From NCBI GenBank assembly GCA_963803805.1, contig CAWDOD010000001.1, forward strand, positions 64,001 through 128,000: a DNA stretch of 64,000 bases, written 5' to 3'. Position 1 is the stretch's first letter; every line of letters begins with the position of its first letter. The notes beneath the pieces are model-generated. The model was not told the DNA's origin and searched no databases. It worked only from the letters and a program-made list of their open reading frames with translations. Source of the stretch: an uncultured cyanobacterium. Lineage in GTDB: Bacteria > Cyanobacteriota > Cyanobacteriia > Cyanobacteriales > CAWCAG01. Positions 1 through 9,128 of this stretch are shown in pieces. Both the position numbers and the translations under genes were made by a program.

Positions 1-352
1 CATCCACTAACCTTTGACCGACATCACCACCTAGAGCATCTGGTAAGGAAATATTGCTACCGGAAATATCCAAATACTCTTGTTGACAATCCCCTCCTTG
101 AGTGGAAGTAGAAACGACTAAAGGATTTGCATAGTCGCTGTCTATTTGATAAAGATGCAATAAGTGATACTCTTTATCACCTTCTGTAGTAGAAGCAACA
201 ATTCTAGTTTTAGAACCATTAAAAAAACCATCCCAACTAGGAATACAAGCTTCCAGTTCACCAATACTCTGTTGGGCCACAACAGGATGAACCATCACTA
301 CAGCAAGGGCCATAGCTACAGCTATTAAAATTAGTTTGAGTTTATTTTTCAT
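1..352 (-). CDS. Secreted/periplasmic hypothetical protein of the transfer operon (runs off window edge)
   Basis: ATG at 352; MKNKLKLILIAVAMALAVVMVHPVVAQQ... signal-peptide-like start; frame open to position 1; directly downstream of 364..2739. Confidence 0.7.
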   Translation of the reverse strand, partial: MKNKLKLILIAVAMALAVVMVHPVVAQQSIGELEACIPSWDGFFNGSKTRIVASTTEGDKEYHLLHLYQIDSDYANPLVVSTSTQGGDCQQEYLDISGSNISLPDALGGDVGQRLVD

Positions 353-363
353 AACAGTCTTCC

Positions 364-2739
364 CTAATCAATCAAACGGTTGGGATCTACGGCTGCACTT
401 TGAGGAGTACGCCAATTGTCCCCTTGATATTCGTAAACACCAAAATCTAATTGAGGCTGCTTGGTATTTCCAGAACTTCCGGAAGTTCCGAGAAGCTGAC
501 CCTTACCAATTTCATCTCCTACAGAAACCTCAATATTTCCTAAGTGAGAGTAGCGAGTCTTTGTACCATCACCATGAGCTACTACAACCGTTTGCCCATA
601 GCCACCCCAGGATTCAGCACCAATAACTTGCCCCCCATCTGCTGCTTTTATTTGCGTCCCAGTTGGGGTATCAATACTCACACCAGGATGAAAACTACTA
701 CAACCAGAGCAAACTCTCGTTTGTCTACCAAAGTCATCTGCAACTGTATAACCAGATGCAGGGTTAATTAGTTTTCCTGTTACTACTCCTTTTTCACCAA
801 CAGGGTCATCAGGAGTAGCATCAGCAGTATTTGTAACGCTTTTGCTACCCTCACCGATATCACAACTAGGGCTTCCACCAGTACCGTTGTAATACTGTCT
901 TGTCTCTACTCCATATTCGTAAAGATTTAAACTACCAAGGGCATCACTATATCCAGCATCGACCTTAGAACCACTACCACCAAACCACTGCTGGGAAACA
1001 CGTTCAACTAACCGAGGGGTTCCTGGTTGAAACTTTTTACCTGTACGAGGATCAGTTTCTTGCAGTGCATCTTTGATATTACGATTCATCTTATTTCTAA
1101 AAGCTTCATCTTGAGCCGCAGGGGGAAAGAATTTGGCCATTTCAGCTTGGGTAGGTTCATCTCCTGCTGCTACCTCTTTAAGCCACTGCTTACCACCAGA
1201 AACTTGAGCAACCTGGTTTTTAACACTACGGTCGTAGCTCATAATTTGGTATGCTCCTAAAGCGACACCGCAGTTTTTTCCTTTATCAGCACAAGTAGGA
1301 GTACCAACGGCTCTATATCCTCCACTTCCTTGAGATTCAATAGCTGCGATCGCATCTCCCAAACCATCCATAGATAGACCAGCGCTTTCTTGCCCTGAAC
1401 AGGGCCTTTGAGGTGCTTGTCCCGCACTAGCAAGGCTTTTTCCACTGCTACCTTTAGGTTGTTGAGTTAGAAAACTTCGAGCTTGAAGAGCTTGTTTTTC
1501 GCTACCATGAACCTTACGACTTTCTCCTCCCCCCTGAAAGCCATCTAAGCGACCCATAAAAATGGTGTCGTCACGACGGAAACGCAAAAAGGGAGCAGGG
1601 ATAAAGTAAGGGGAACACCCCAAGTCAGGAATCCCCCGCTTACAAATACGGAAGTACATCCTGGTACTGACGTTATCGCTAGTCTCATCCGCTTCCCAAA
1701 CTACTACCTTAAAAGCATCTCCGAAAGGATGTCTCCCAGTTGGCTCAACGCCACCATTGAGATTCCCCAATACTCCAAAACCACCATTAACCTCCTGGTA
1801 CTTACCAGATATCCACTCTGCCCCTTCAAATTCTCCTTGAACCTTCTCCCCAGTATCTTCAGTATCATCTAGTTCTATATGGGAACAGTTATCTCTGCAC
1901 TTGACAGAGAAGCCCTCCTCATTGCTACCACTAACAGTTTGCTTCTGCCCTCCTTCAGCAGGGCCAAATACTTGATCTATTCGAGCTACTGTATTACCAA
2001 CCAAGCCAACAGAGTTAGGCATCTTAGCCAAGGGAACCTGATCTAACCCTGGCACTGTCTCAACAGTGCTACCTTCCCAACGTTGCAAGTCTCCTAATTT
2101 GGTATTCCTCACATTAGGAATATCTGTAATTGCATATTGCCCAAGATTAGCTTGCTCTAACTTCAAATCAGCCACAGCCGGGAATTGTTCAATTACCTGT
2201 CCAATTTCCATGTTGAGAACGTCTCTGCTTCCCCCAGGTAACGACAAAGAAGAAACTAAATCTTTGATTGGTAAAACCTCCTCAACTGTGAAACCCTTTA
2301 GGTAGGGAACAGCTTCTGCTAACTCTCTAATTGCCTGATCTGCTAGCAAGGGAAAATTATCTAAAGCTATTTGACCCAAATCTAGCCCACTGATCATTTC
2401 AATTTGACCAATGGGAAATTCTTGAGTTGACATAGCCGGGGCAATGTCCCCCAGTTTGAGGAATTGAGATGGAGAATCCCCCGATTGCCAAGTACGACTA
2501 AAATCGTAACCTAGAGATTGGTTAAAGCGATCATCAATGCTACCACTACCAATAACTTGCCCAATATTTTTCAGGTTAATCTGCTGGAAGTTAGGAACAA
2601 CTGCACTACTAACTTTCCCACCATTAATACTTTGATAGAGATTAGTTGGTAAAGGCTGAGTGCTTGCAATCGCACTAAAAGGGAAAGAAACAAACAATAC
2701 GATTACTAATAAAAATAGATATGCTACTCGTTTAATCAT
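364..2739 (-). CDS. Conjugation-associated peptidoglycan hydrolase: signal peptide, lysozyme/lytic-transglycosylase-like domain, degenerate C-terminal M23/LytM domain
   Basis: IAAIESQGSGGY...GAYQIM lysozyme-like motifs; GTQIKAADGG..GGYGQTVVVAHG..TRYSHL LytM fold. Confidence 0.8.
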   Translation of the reverse strand: MIKRVAYLFLLVIVLFVSFPFSAIASTQPLPTNLYQSINGGKVSSAVVPNFQQINLKNIGQVIGSGSIDDRFNQSLGYDFSRTWQSGDSPSQFLKLGDIAPAMSTQEFPIGQIEMISGLDLGQIALDNFPLLADQAIRELAEAVPYLKGFTVEEVLPIKDLVSSLSLPGGSRDVLNMEIGQVIEQFPAVADLKLEQANLGQYAITDIPNVRNTKLGDLQRWEGSTVETVPGLDQVPLAKMPNSVGLVGNTVARIDQVFGPAEGGQKQTVSGSNEEGFSVKCRDNCSHIELDDTEDTGEKVQGEFEGAEWISGKYQEVNGGFGVLGNLNGGVEPTGRHPFGDAFKVVVWEADETSDNVSTRMYFRICKRGIPDLGCSPYFIPAPFLRFRRDDTIFMGRLDGFQGGGESRKVHGSEKQALQARSFLTQQPKGSSGKSLASAGQAPQRPCSGQESAGLSMDGLGDAIAAIESQGSGGYRAVGTPTCADKGKNCGVALGAYQIMSYDRSVKNQVAQVSGGKQWLKEVAAGDEPTQAEMAKFFPPAAQDEAFRNKMNRNIKDALQETDPRTGKKFQPGTPRLVERVSQQWFGGSGSKVDAGYSDALGSLNLYEYGVETRQYYNGTGGSPSCDIGEGSKSVTNTADATPDDPVGEKGVVTGKLINPASGYTVADDFGRQTRVCSGCSSFHPGVSIDTPTGTQIKAADGGQVIGAESWGGYGQTVVVAHGDGTKTRYSHLGNIEVSVGDEIGKGQLLGTSGSSGNTKQPQLDFGVYEYQGDNWRTPQSAAVDPNRLID

Positions 2740-2744
2740 GGCTT

Positions 2745-4418
2745 TTAGATATCATAAAAATCTGAAGAAGGTGGTCTTTTTGCTTGGGTACTAAAGATTG
2801 CAGGTGTTTTCTGATGTTCAGTTTCACTAGGAGCTAGTTTGTTTTCTTCTAACTCCCTCGGTTTTTGGAACATCTGTTGAGGCATTTGGGCAAAGCGGCT
2901 TGTATCTTTGGAACAAACTGGTGCTGCAAAGTCAGCTTCTCTGCGAATTTGATACAGATTATCCGAAGTAGATTGATTAGCGCTGGCAGGTTTGAAGTTA
3001 TCCCTTTCAGCTAGCAAGTCTTCTAAAGTTACCTCTGCTGGTCTATCTGCATAGTAGATATTTTCGGCTGTATGGCGTACTGCTTTACCAATTTCTGCTG
3101 GTGTACAACCACGGTACTCTCGAAATAAGACTCGCCACTCATTATCCTCAAAGCTATAACCTGGAAAGTACTTATTCAAATGCAGTTTGAAGATTTCATA
3201 CATTGCCCCAGCATGGGGTAAGTCAAAGAAGAAAACATACTCAAATCTACGGATCAACTCAGGACTAAGAGATTCAATCCGGTTGATTGTCGCAATCATA
3301 ATAGTAGGATCTTCATGCTCCTGCATCCAGGTTAGTAGTTTCCCTACCATTTTTGAAAGCACACCCCCACCAACTCCGGAATCCCAACCTAAAAAGGCTT
3401 TCTCAAATTCATCAAAAAATAGGATACAAGTACCAATCTCGGAACAAAAATCAAAGATATAATCTAAGTTTGCTAAAGACTCATGTATAGTTGGTGCAAC
3501 TAAGCCATTCCAATCACAACTTACTAAGGTGGCTCCAATCTCCTGTGCCGCAAGCTTTGATACTAAAGATTTACCAGTTCCGGGAATTCCCCAAAGTAAC
3601 ATCCCTTTGGGACATACTAAATTCCTCTCTAACTTAGCTTCTGGTTGCAGCAGTTTTTTTATTTTTTTGAAGGTTTCATAAACCAAGTCCATTCCGGCTG
3701 CATGAGGTACATCTGGTTCTCCAGTGATTTGAATGCCCCTCCCCATCAGTTTTTCAACTTTGTAGTCCATGATAAGTTTAGTTACTGATTCGATGGAATC
3801 AGTAACAGCCAAGGAGCGATTTAACACTAATTCAATTTCTCCCCTGGGCAAGCCTACACAAGCTTGGACTAACTGACTTAGATTCTCTCCCTCAAATAGT
3901 TTGCTGTGAACAATTATCTCTTTCACCTCCTGACGACCAGGGAAGCTATGGTGAAGGACAGGGAGAATGGGGTGGAGATTTAAAGGTACTTCAAATTCAT
4001 CGTCTACCAAGATTAAATACTGGTTGTTCTTCGCCTTGAGTTCATAGAAGGCATTGCTTATTTGGGAGCAAAGTAAATTATCTAATTTTTTAATTAAACC
4101 TTCAACGATGAAGATACCTTCTTGAAGAATAGAGAAGCTAGAAATCCCTGCAATAGCATCTACATCTCTACCAAAATTAACCTCACTAGGGTTTATTTGT
4201 AACGAGTTCCCAGAAGTTGTTGACGTTAATTTCTGTAGCTGTTTACCGTAGCCAGGGTTCCAGTAATATAGTGGAAGGTTCAAATCTTGGGCAAAGCTAT
4301 AAAACTTGTTCAGCAAGCCACTGTTGCACATCATGTCAACCACAGGACATTTGATAGCAACTAACTTCGTTCCTCTTTCAGCTAGTTTGGGCCAAGACTC
4401 AACAGTTTTATCTCTCAT
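2745..4418 (-). CDS. Ycf46-like AAA+ ATPase
   Basis: Walker A GIPGTGKS, Walker B FFDEFEK, ATINRIESLSPELIRRF; ATG at 4418 avoids overlap with the upstream gene (track start 4457). Confidence 0.85.
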   Translation of the reverse strand: MRDKTVESWPKLAERGTKLVAIKCPVVDMMCNSGLLNKFYSFAQDLNLPLYYWNPGYGKQLQKLTSTTSGNSLQINPSEVNFGRDVDAIAGISSFSILQEGIFIVEGLIKKLDNLLCSQISNAFYELKAKNNQYLILVDDEFEVPLNLHPILPVLHHSFPGRQEVKEIIVHSKLFEGENLSQLVQACVGLPRGEIELVLNRSLAVTDSIESVTKLIMDYKVEKLMGRGIQITGEPDVPHAAGMDLVYETFKKIKKLLQPEAKLERNLVCPKGMLLWGIPGTGKSLVSKLAAQEIGATLVSCDWNGLVAPTIHESLANLDYIFDFCSEIGTCILFFDEFEKAFLGWDSGVGGGVLSKMVGKLLTWMQEHEDPTIMIATINRIESLSPELIRRFEYVFFFDLPHAGAMYEIFKLHLNKYFPGYSFEDNEWRVLFREYRGCTPAEIGKAVRHTAENIYYADRPAEVTLEDLLAERDNFKPASANQSTSDNLYQIRREADFAAPVCSKDTSRFAQMPQQMFQKPRELEENKLAPSETEHQKTPAIFSTQAKRPPSSDFYDI

Positions 4419-4422
4419 TTTC

Positions 4423-5106
4423 CTATTCCTCAAATTTGCGATCGCCAGATGGAACAACCCACAGAAAACAGTAACCAGACACCGCCTGTTTTCCTAAGTA
4501 GTTAAGAGTTACTCCCAACTGACTTACTTTCTCTTGGCAGCTTCCATCTATTACATCCTCATTCCAACGCAACATATCTCTAGCAAACTCCCCTTGATCG
4601 CTAGTAGCCCATTTCAAAGCTTCTATCTGCTCGTTAGTAAGGGACATCTGTTGCTGCTTAGAAATCTGATACTGAGAATATCCCCATCCCCCAACCAGAC
4701 CTAATCCTAGAGAGGTACAAATGATTGTCCCAGCACCTACCAAAGAAAAGAAGGTCATTTTACTTTTAGACCCTTTAGCTTTCTCCATTGCCCCATCAAC
4801 CAAACTGCTAACAGAGTCACTGATATTTTTCTCAATCCCTTTACTAGCAGCAGATTTATAAGTTTCAAGTCGTTCCATAAGTTGCTCAGTAACATAGTCC
4901 CCAGCAGACTTATATTCTTTGGGTGCTTTTTCAAGGAGAACTTTGAGACTGGAGGTAGAGACTAACAAGGGAAAAACCGGGTCAGTTTCTCTAATTCCAG
5001 TTTGTTTGATTATTTGATAAACCTTATTCTTAAACTCTGCTGATTCTCCTTCTAGGGCTATGTCAATCAGTCCATTGTTATTTTCATTTGTCGTAGTAGC
5101 TGTCAT
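4423..5106 (-). CDS. Membrane protein typical of cyanobacterial plasmid mobilisation operons (DUF6753-like)
   Basis: GIRETDPVFPLL motif, one TM helix, ALKWATSDQGEFAR..WNED..GSC..GYCFLWV C-terminus. Confidence 0.65.
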   Translation of the reverse strand: MTATTTNENNNGLIDIALEGESAEFKNKVYQIIKQTGIRETDPVFPLLVSTSSLKVLLEKAPKEYKSAGDYVTEQLMERLETYKSAASKGIEKNISDSVSSLVDGAMEKAKGSKSKMTFFSLVGAGTIICTSLGLGLVGGWGYSQYQISKQQQMSLTNEQIEALKWATSDQGEFARDMLRWNEDVIDGSCQEKVSQLGVTLNYLGKQAVSGYCFLWVVPSGDRKFEE

Positions 5107-5111
5107 AGTAA

Positions 5112-5969
5112 TTAAGCTGCTTCATTCGCTTTGTTATCTTTATCTTTGTCTTTAGACTGAGATAGCTGATTAAAACCAACAATGTCTTCCAAAAAGCTGA
5201 TTCCCTCTAACATTGCAAAAACTTCTTTCCTAAAATTGACTACTCTCTGGGCTGAAACAATGCCATAACCCGGTTCATCTATGAGTATTTCTTTACCTTC
5301 TAAGAAAGTTAACCCATTCTTGTCTAGAAAGAACTGCTCTTGCGGATAAAGCATAGGCAAATTAACATCCTCAATATCAAACTTGCTAACAGCTTTTTCA
5401 AACTCTTCATCTTTATACAAATACTCGAAGTTTGCTCCTCCAGTTACTCTACCTAGATTCTTGACCAATACATGATGTATATCTTCACCATGCTCTTTTA
5501 AAGAGGTATATAGTAGCTTGATACTTGAATAAGATCCATCTGTAAGAAATAGTTTATAAAGTTCGACATCATACTCTTCTTTCAAGCCGAGAATATCTGA
5601 TTTATTGAGCCAATTATTAACTTGCTCTTCTACATTACTAGGAAGATTGACAATAGTTATCCTATCTAGAGCAGAAGTAAATATCACATCTGGCTCAGCA
5701 ATTCTATACTTACTATCCGAAAATCCTATATATTCGCAGGGAGTGAGGCTGAAGTTGTTAGTTCCTGTATCAGACAAGCCTTGATCATAAATATCTGGCA
5801 ATCGCTCTTTGTCATAAACTATAGCAACATCAGGGTTATCTTGATCTGCCTCTATAAGCTGGTAATTGACCCTCCTATGCCAGAAGTACTCAACCAAGCT
5901 TTTCGTTGCAAAGCTTTTGCCTACTCCGCCTTTCTGACCGCCAACAAATATAATTTTATTTTTATCCAT
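5112..5969 (-). CDS. MobD/ParA-like P-loop NTPase
   Basis: Deviant Walker A GQKGGVGKS, IEADQDNPDV, IVNLP. Confidence 0.75.
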   Translation of the reverse strand: MDKNKIIFVGGQKGGVGKSFATKSLVEYFWHRRVNYQLIEADQDNPDVAIVYDKERLPDIYDQGLSDTGTNNFSLTPCEYIGFSDSKYRIAEPDVIFTSALDRITIVNLPSNVEEQVNNWLNKSDILGLKEEYDVELYKLFLTDGSYSSIKLLYTSLKEHGEDIHHVLVKNLGRVTGGANFEYLYKDEEFEKAVSKFDIEDVNLPMLYPQEQFFLDKNGLTFLEGKEILIDEPGYGIVSAQRVVNFRKEVFAMLEGISFLEDIVGFNQLSQSKDKDKDNKANEAA

Positions 5970-6061
5970 TTCTATAAATACTCCTATTAACTTTTACTAT
6001 TAATTAAATTGAGTTAAGTATTGATACTTTAGTCTGAATGGTTTTTAGCGGAGGTATTTTT

Positions 6062-6220
6062 TTAACTCTCTATTAATTCCAAAATATCCACATCAAGACC
6101 TTTTCTTCCAATGTTTTCCTTAATATCTCCAACTAAATCTTCAATAGCTTTAAGATACGAATAAGTTTTTAATATTTCACTTTCTTGAGGTATAACTTTC
6201 TTCTTGTCATCAATACTCAT
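6062..6220 (-). CDS. Small hypothetical protein (52 aa)
   Basis: MSIDDKKKVIPQESEILK...ELIES*; fills the gap in a co-oriented operon; below the ORF-track cutoff. Confidence 0.45.
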   Translation of the reverse strand: MSIDDKKKVIPQESEILKTYSYLKAIEDLVGDIKENIGRKGLDVDILELIES

Positions 6221-6282
6221 AGCAATACATAATATAAAGTTTAAAAATCATCTAAAGTATAAAACCAAATCACCCTTTAATG

Positions 6283-6747
6283 TTAGCCACCAAACATTTT
6301 CAAGTCTTTATTTTTAACTTCTTTTAATTTGTCTTCAGGCTTTTCATCACTTTCTTTGTCAACAGCCCCTTCATATGTTAACTGCGAACTTGGGTGATCT
6401 ATAAGCTCTGAAATATCTATGCCTAGATTTTCTTTCACCTCTTTTTCTATCTCTGTTATAAGAGTTCTTAAGTCAGCAATTTGTCGGATAGCAGTAAAAA
6501 CAATTTTTCGTTTTACAAGTTCAATATCTTTTTCCTGCTGCTGATTGTTTGAGATGAATTTGTTTATGAGGGCAAAAGTTTCTACCCTATTTTTTATAGC
6601 ATCTGCAATTTGTGTTCTTCTAGTTGATTTATTTTTCCATTTCTTATGAAAATAATCTATGATGACATTATTTTCAGTATCTGCACCCTCTACTGCCGTT
6701 ATTCTGTAAGATAGATATTTTCGTTTTTTGTTAGTAGTATCAGCCAT
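6283..6747 (-). CDS. ParR-like adaptor / DNA-binding protein
   Basis: Small basic-N-terminus protein directly downstream of parM; called from position. Confidence 0.55.
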   Translation of the reverse strand: MADTTNKKRKYLSYRITAVEGADTENNVIIDYFHKKWKNKSTRRTQIADAIKNRVETFALINKFISNNQQQEKDIELVKRKIVFTAIRQIADLRTLITEIEKEVKENLGIDISELIDHPSSQLTYEGAVDKESDEKPEDKLKEVKNKDLKMFGG

Positions 6748-6846
6748 TTTTCTTATCTCATAGATACATCATGCTTTTTGTGATGATAGTTCTATATTTC
6801 AATTTCTGCACTCATCACGCCTGATAGCAGAATAAGAATAAGTTTG

Positions 6847-8022
6847 CTAGTTCGGGGAAGATAATGAAAAATACCTACATGACAAGCAATAAACATCTAT
6901 CAAGCGAAAAGCTAGAATATTTCTATCTTCCTCCTTGCTTACATGAGCAGATTGGTCAAATTCATCTTTAAGCCTTTGCTTAATTTCTTTCTGTATTTTG
7001 TTGCCCCAATATATTGATAACCCTTCAAAAAAACTTGTAATTTCATCTTCCAAATATCTAGCAGTTCCACCGCAAACAACCAACTGATCTATCTGATTGC
7101 GTTTGTCCAAGGTTCCTTTTAACCAGTTCTCAGTTAAGTTCCAGCATTCTTGCCTTGCACTATTTATGCTGTTTAGTATTTGTTTAGATTCAACTTTTTT
7201 GTTTTTAGGCTCTTCACTCCTAACCAAACTAGCTATTACACCAGAAGACGGCTTTGTTTCTTCATCAACTTTGAAAACTTTCTTAGCCAATGAATTTCTA
7301 TCCTGCCCGGAGGTATTTTTAATTACTCTATCTAATATTTGATAGAAGCCGAGATCGGTTGTTTTACCATATTGAATTGCTCCTCTTTGGAAAAATAGCA
7401 ACGAAACATTCCTATGCCCAAAGACTAAAACAGCAATATTCTTGGATTGAAACCAATTTTCACCTTTGTCTTCTGATAAAGAACAAGCCAATCCCCCTCC
7501 CTCTGGGAAACAGACAAAATTCTCTAAAGCTATCTGTATTCTTGTTCCTCGGAAATAAAACCTTTTGAGACTTTTTTCAAGCTGTTCTCTCAACTGTCCA
7601 TGGTTAGAGTATTCACCATGTGGAAGTAATGCAAATACAGATACACTAAACTTTTCATCAGTTGAAGCAAAGTTTTTTGTGATAATAGAGCCGAGGGCTG
7701 CCATAACCTTATGTACTGCTGATTCATACTTAAGACTATTCATACGAACTTTTGCATGAAGTTTTTTGGCTAAAAAACCAACGGCACAAACTGTATCGCT
7801 TCTCTTCTGCTCTTTGATCCAAGCGTCATCTTCTGGATTAGCCTGGTTATAGATACGACCATAACTGTTTAAAGAGCTTTCAGGAGTTTCTAAAACTTCT
7901 GGCTCCATGAAAAGAAGTCTTTTTTTATTTTCATCAGGAAGTCTGTAAATAATTTTTGTCAAACTTGTACCAGGATCAAATCCCAGCATTATATGACGAG
8001 CCACACTACTTAAGTACTCCAA
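6847..8022 (-). CDS. parM: ParM/StbA actin-like partition ATPase
   Basis: GFDPGTSLTK (phosphate 1), FPEGGG, VFGHRNVS (phosphate 2), VCGGTA (adenosine). Confidence 0.88.
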   Translation of the reverse strand: MEYLSSVARHIMLGFDPGTSLTKIIYRLPDENKKRLLFMEPEVLETPESSLNSYGRIYNQANPEDDAWIKEQKRSDTVCAVGFLAKKLHAKVRMNSLKYESAVHKVMAALGSIITKNFASTDEKFSVSVFALLPHGEYSNHGQLREQLEKSLKRFYFRGTRIQIALENFVCFPEGGGLACSLSEDKGENWFQSKNIAVLVFGHRNVSLLFFQRGAIQYGKTTDLGFYQILDRVIKNTSGQDRNSLAKKVFKVDEETKPSSGVIASLVRSEEPKNKKVESKQILNSINSARQECWNLTENWLKGTLDKRNQIDQLVVCGGTARYLEDEITSFFEGLSIYWGNKIQKEIKQRLKDEFDQSAHVSKEEDRNILAFRLIDVYCLSCRYFSLSSPN

Positions 8023-8151
8023 TCTTAGTTTTCAAAAGTTAAGTTGTGGCAAATTTATTTTTTATTTGGTGAATGAATCTTTTATATCACTGTTTTATTT
8101 TAATAGCAACTATTTAATTAGTAGATGGAAAAACTTTTTTTAGTTATAAAC

Positions 8152-8336
8152 AATGTGCGTTTGAAAACACACATTTATTGCGCGAATGTGCGTTTGAAAA
8201 CACACATTTGGAAATATTTATATATTACAATTGTATTACAACAGCTTTTTAAGCTGCTAAATCCAAAGGTACTTGCTGGATGTGCGTTTCCAAACGCACA
8301 TTTATTATACAGATGTGCGTTTTCAAACGCACATCT
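8152..8336. repeat. Four 24-bp palindromes in two pairs (candidate parC centromere or relaxosome site)
   Basis: ATGTGCGTTT-N2-AAAC(A/G)CACAT cores; copies start at 8152, 8185, 8279, 8312. Confidence 0.9.
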
Positions 8337-8754
8337 ATACTTTTTCTCACAAAACTCAGTATTTTGTAGTATACACTTCCCTAACCTCAAGCCATAGTTT
8401 TGTCATACGTTAGTATTTTTGCTTAAATGTTGACTTTGGTATCAACTACTTTCTAAAAGTTTTTTCCTAATGTTTGATCATACTTTTGAATTTTTATTAT
8501 CAAAACTAGAAAACTTTAAAAAACTCTAGGGTTTTATGAATTAACTTTTTTATGTATTAGGGTTGATTTTTTTTATTTTCTTCGGTAATAATATTTGGCA
8601 AGAGATGGTTGCCAACTTCAAACAATTTACTAATTGTGTGATCGCAACTGTTATAACTGTGGTGAATTTGTTTTGCTTTGCAGTCTGATCTGCAATGCTT
8701 ATTTGGTGAATGAATTAGTAGCAAAATAAATCTCAACCCCATAAAAAATGAAAG

Positions 8755-9124
8755 ATGACCAAAACGAAGCCACACCATCAAGTGCGATCGTGTACGCTTT
8801 CAATTCGACTTTCTCCTAGTGAGCGTGGTGAGTTAGTTAACTTTGCAATGTCTTATAACAGCAACGCTAGCAGCTTGTTTCGTGAGATTTGTTTTGACGT
8901 AATAAGGCTGGAAACAAACCAACCCTTACCCTTCTCTATTTCATCAATAATTAAAGATTTGAGAGGCTTATCTAAGTTAGTTGGAAAGCTTGCCTTGGAG
9001 CATCAAGAAGCTGACTCTCGATACTTCAACTTCTTCTATTGAGTTTGTCGAAACTCAATTAGCTGTGACTGTAAAAAAATTGGAAACAATTTCTTCTTCT
9101 AAAGTTTGGTGGAATAAGCGTTGA
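8755..9124 (+). CDS. mobC: MobC-like ribbon-helix-helix relaxosome accessory protein, apparently frameshifted near 9018
   Basis: RSCTLSIRLSPSE...SLFRE RHH motif; +1 frame continues DTSTSSIEFVETQLAVTVKKLE...KR* and ends 4 nt before the relaxase ATG. Confidence 0.6.
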
Positions 9125-9128
9125 GGAA

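Noticed and set aside
8152-8336. Possible mini CRISPR array
   Set aside because: Spacers are 9, 70 and 9 bp, not uniform 30-40 bp, and no cas genes are present
8125-8397. ORFs 8125..8397 (+) and 8175..8390 (-)
   Set aside because: They are translations of the palindrome array in both directions
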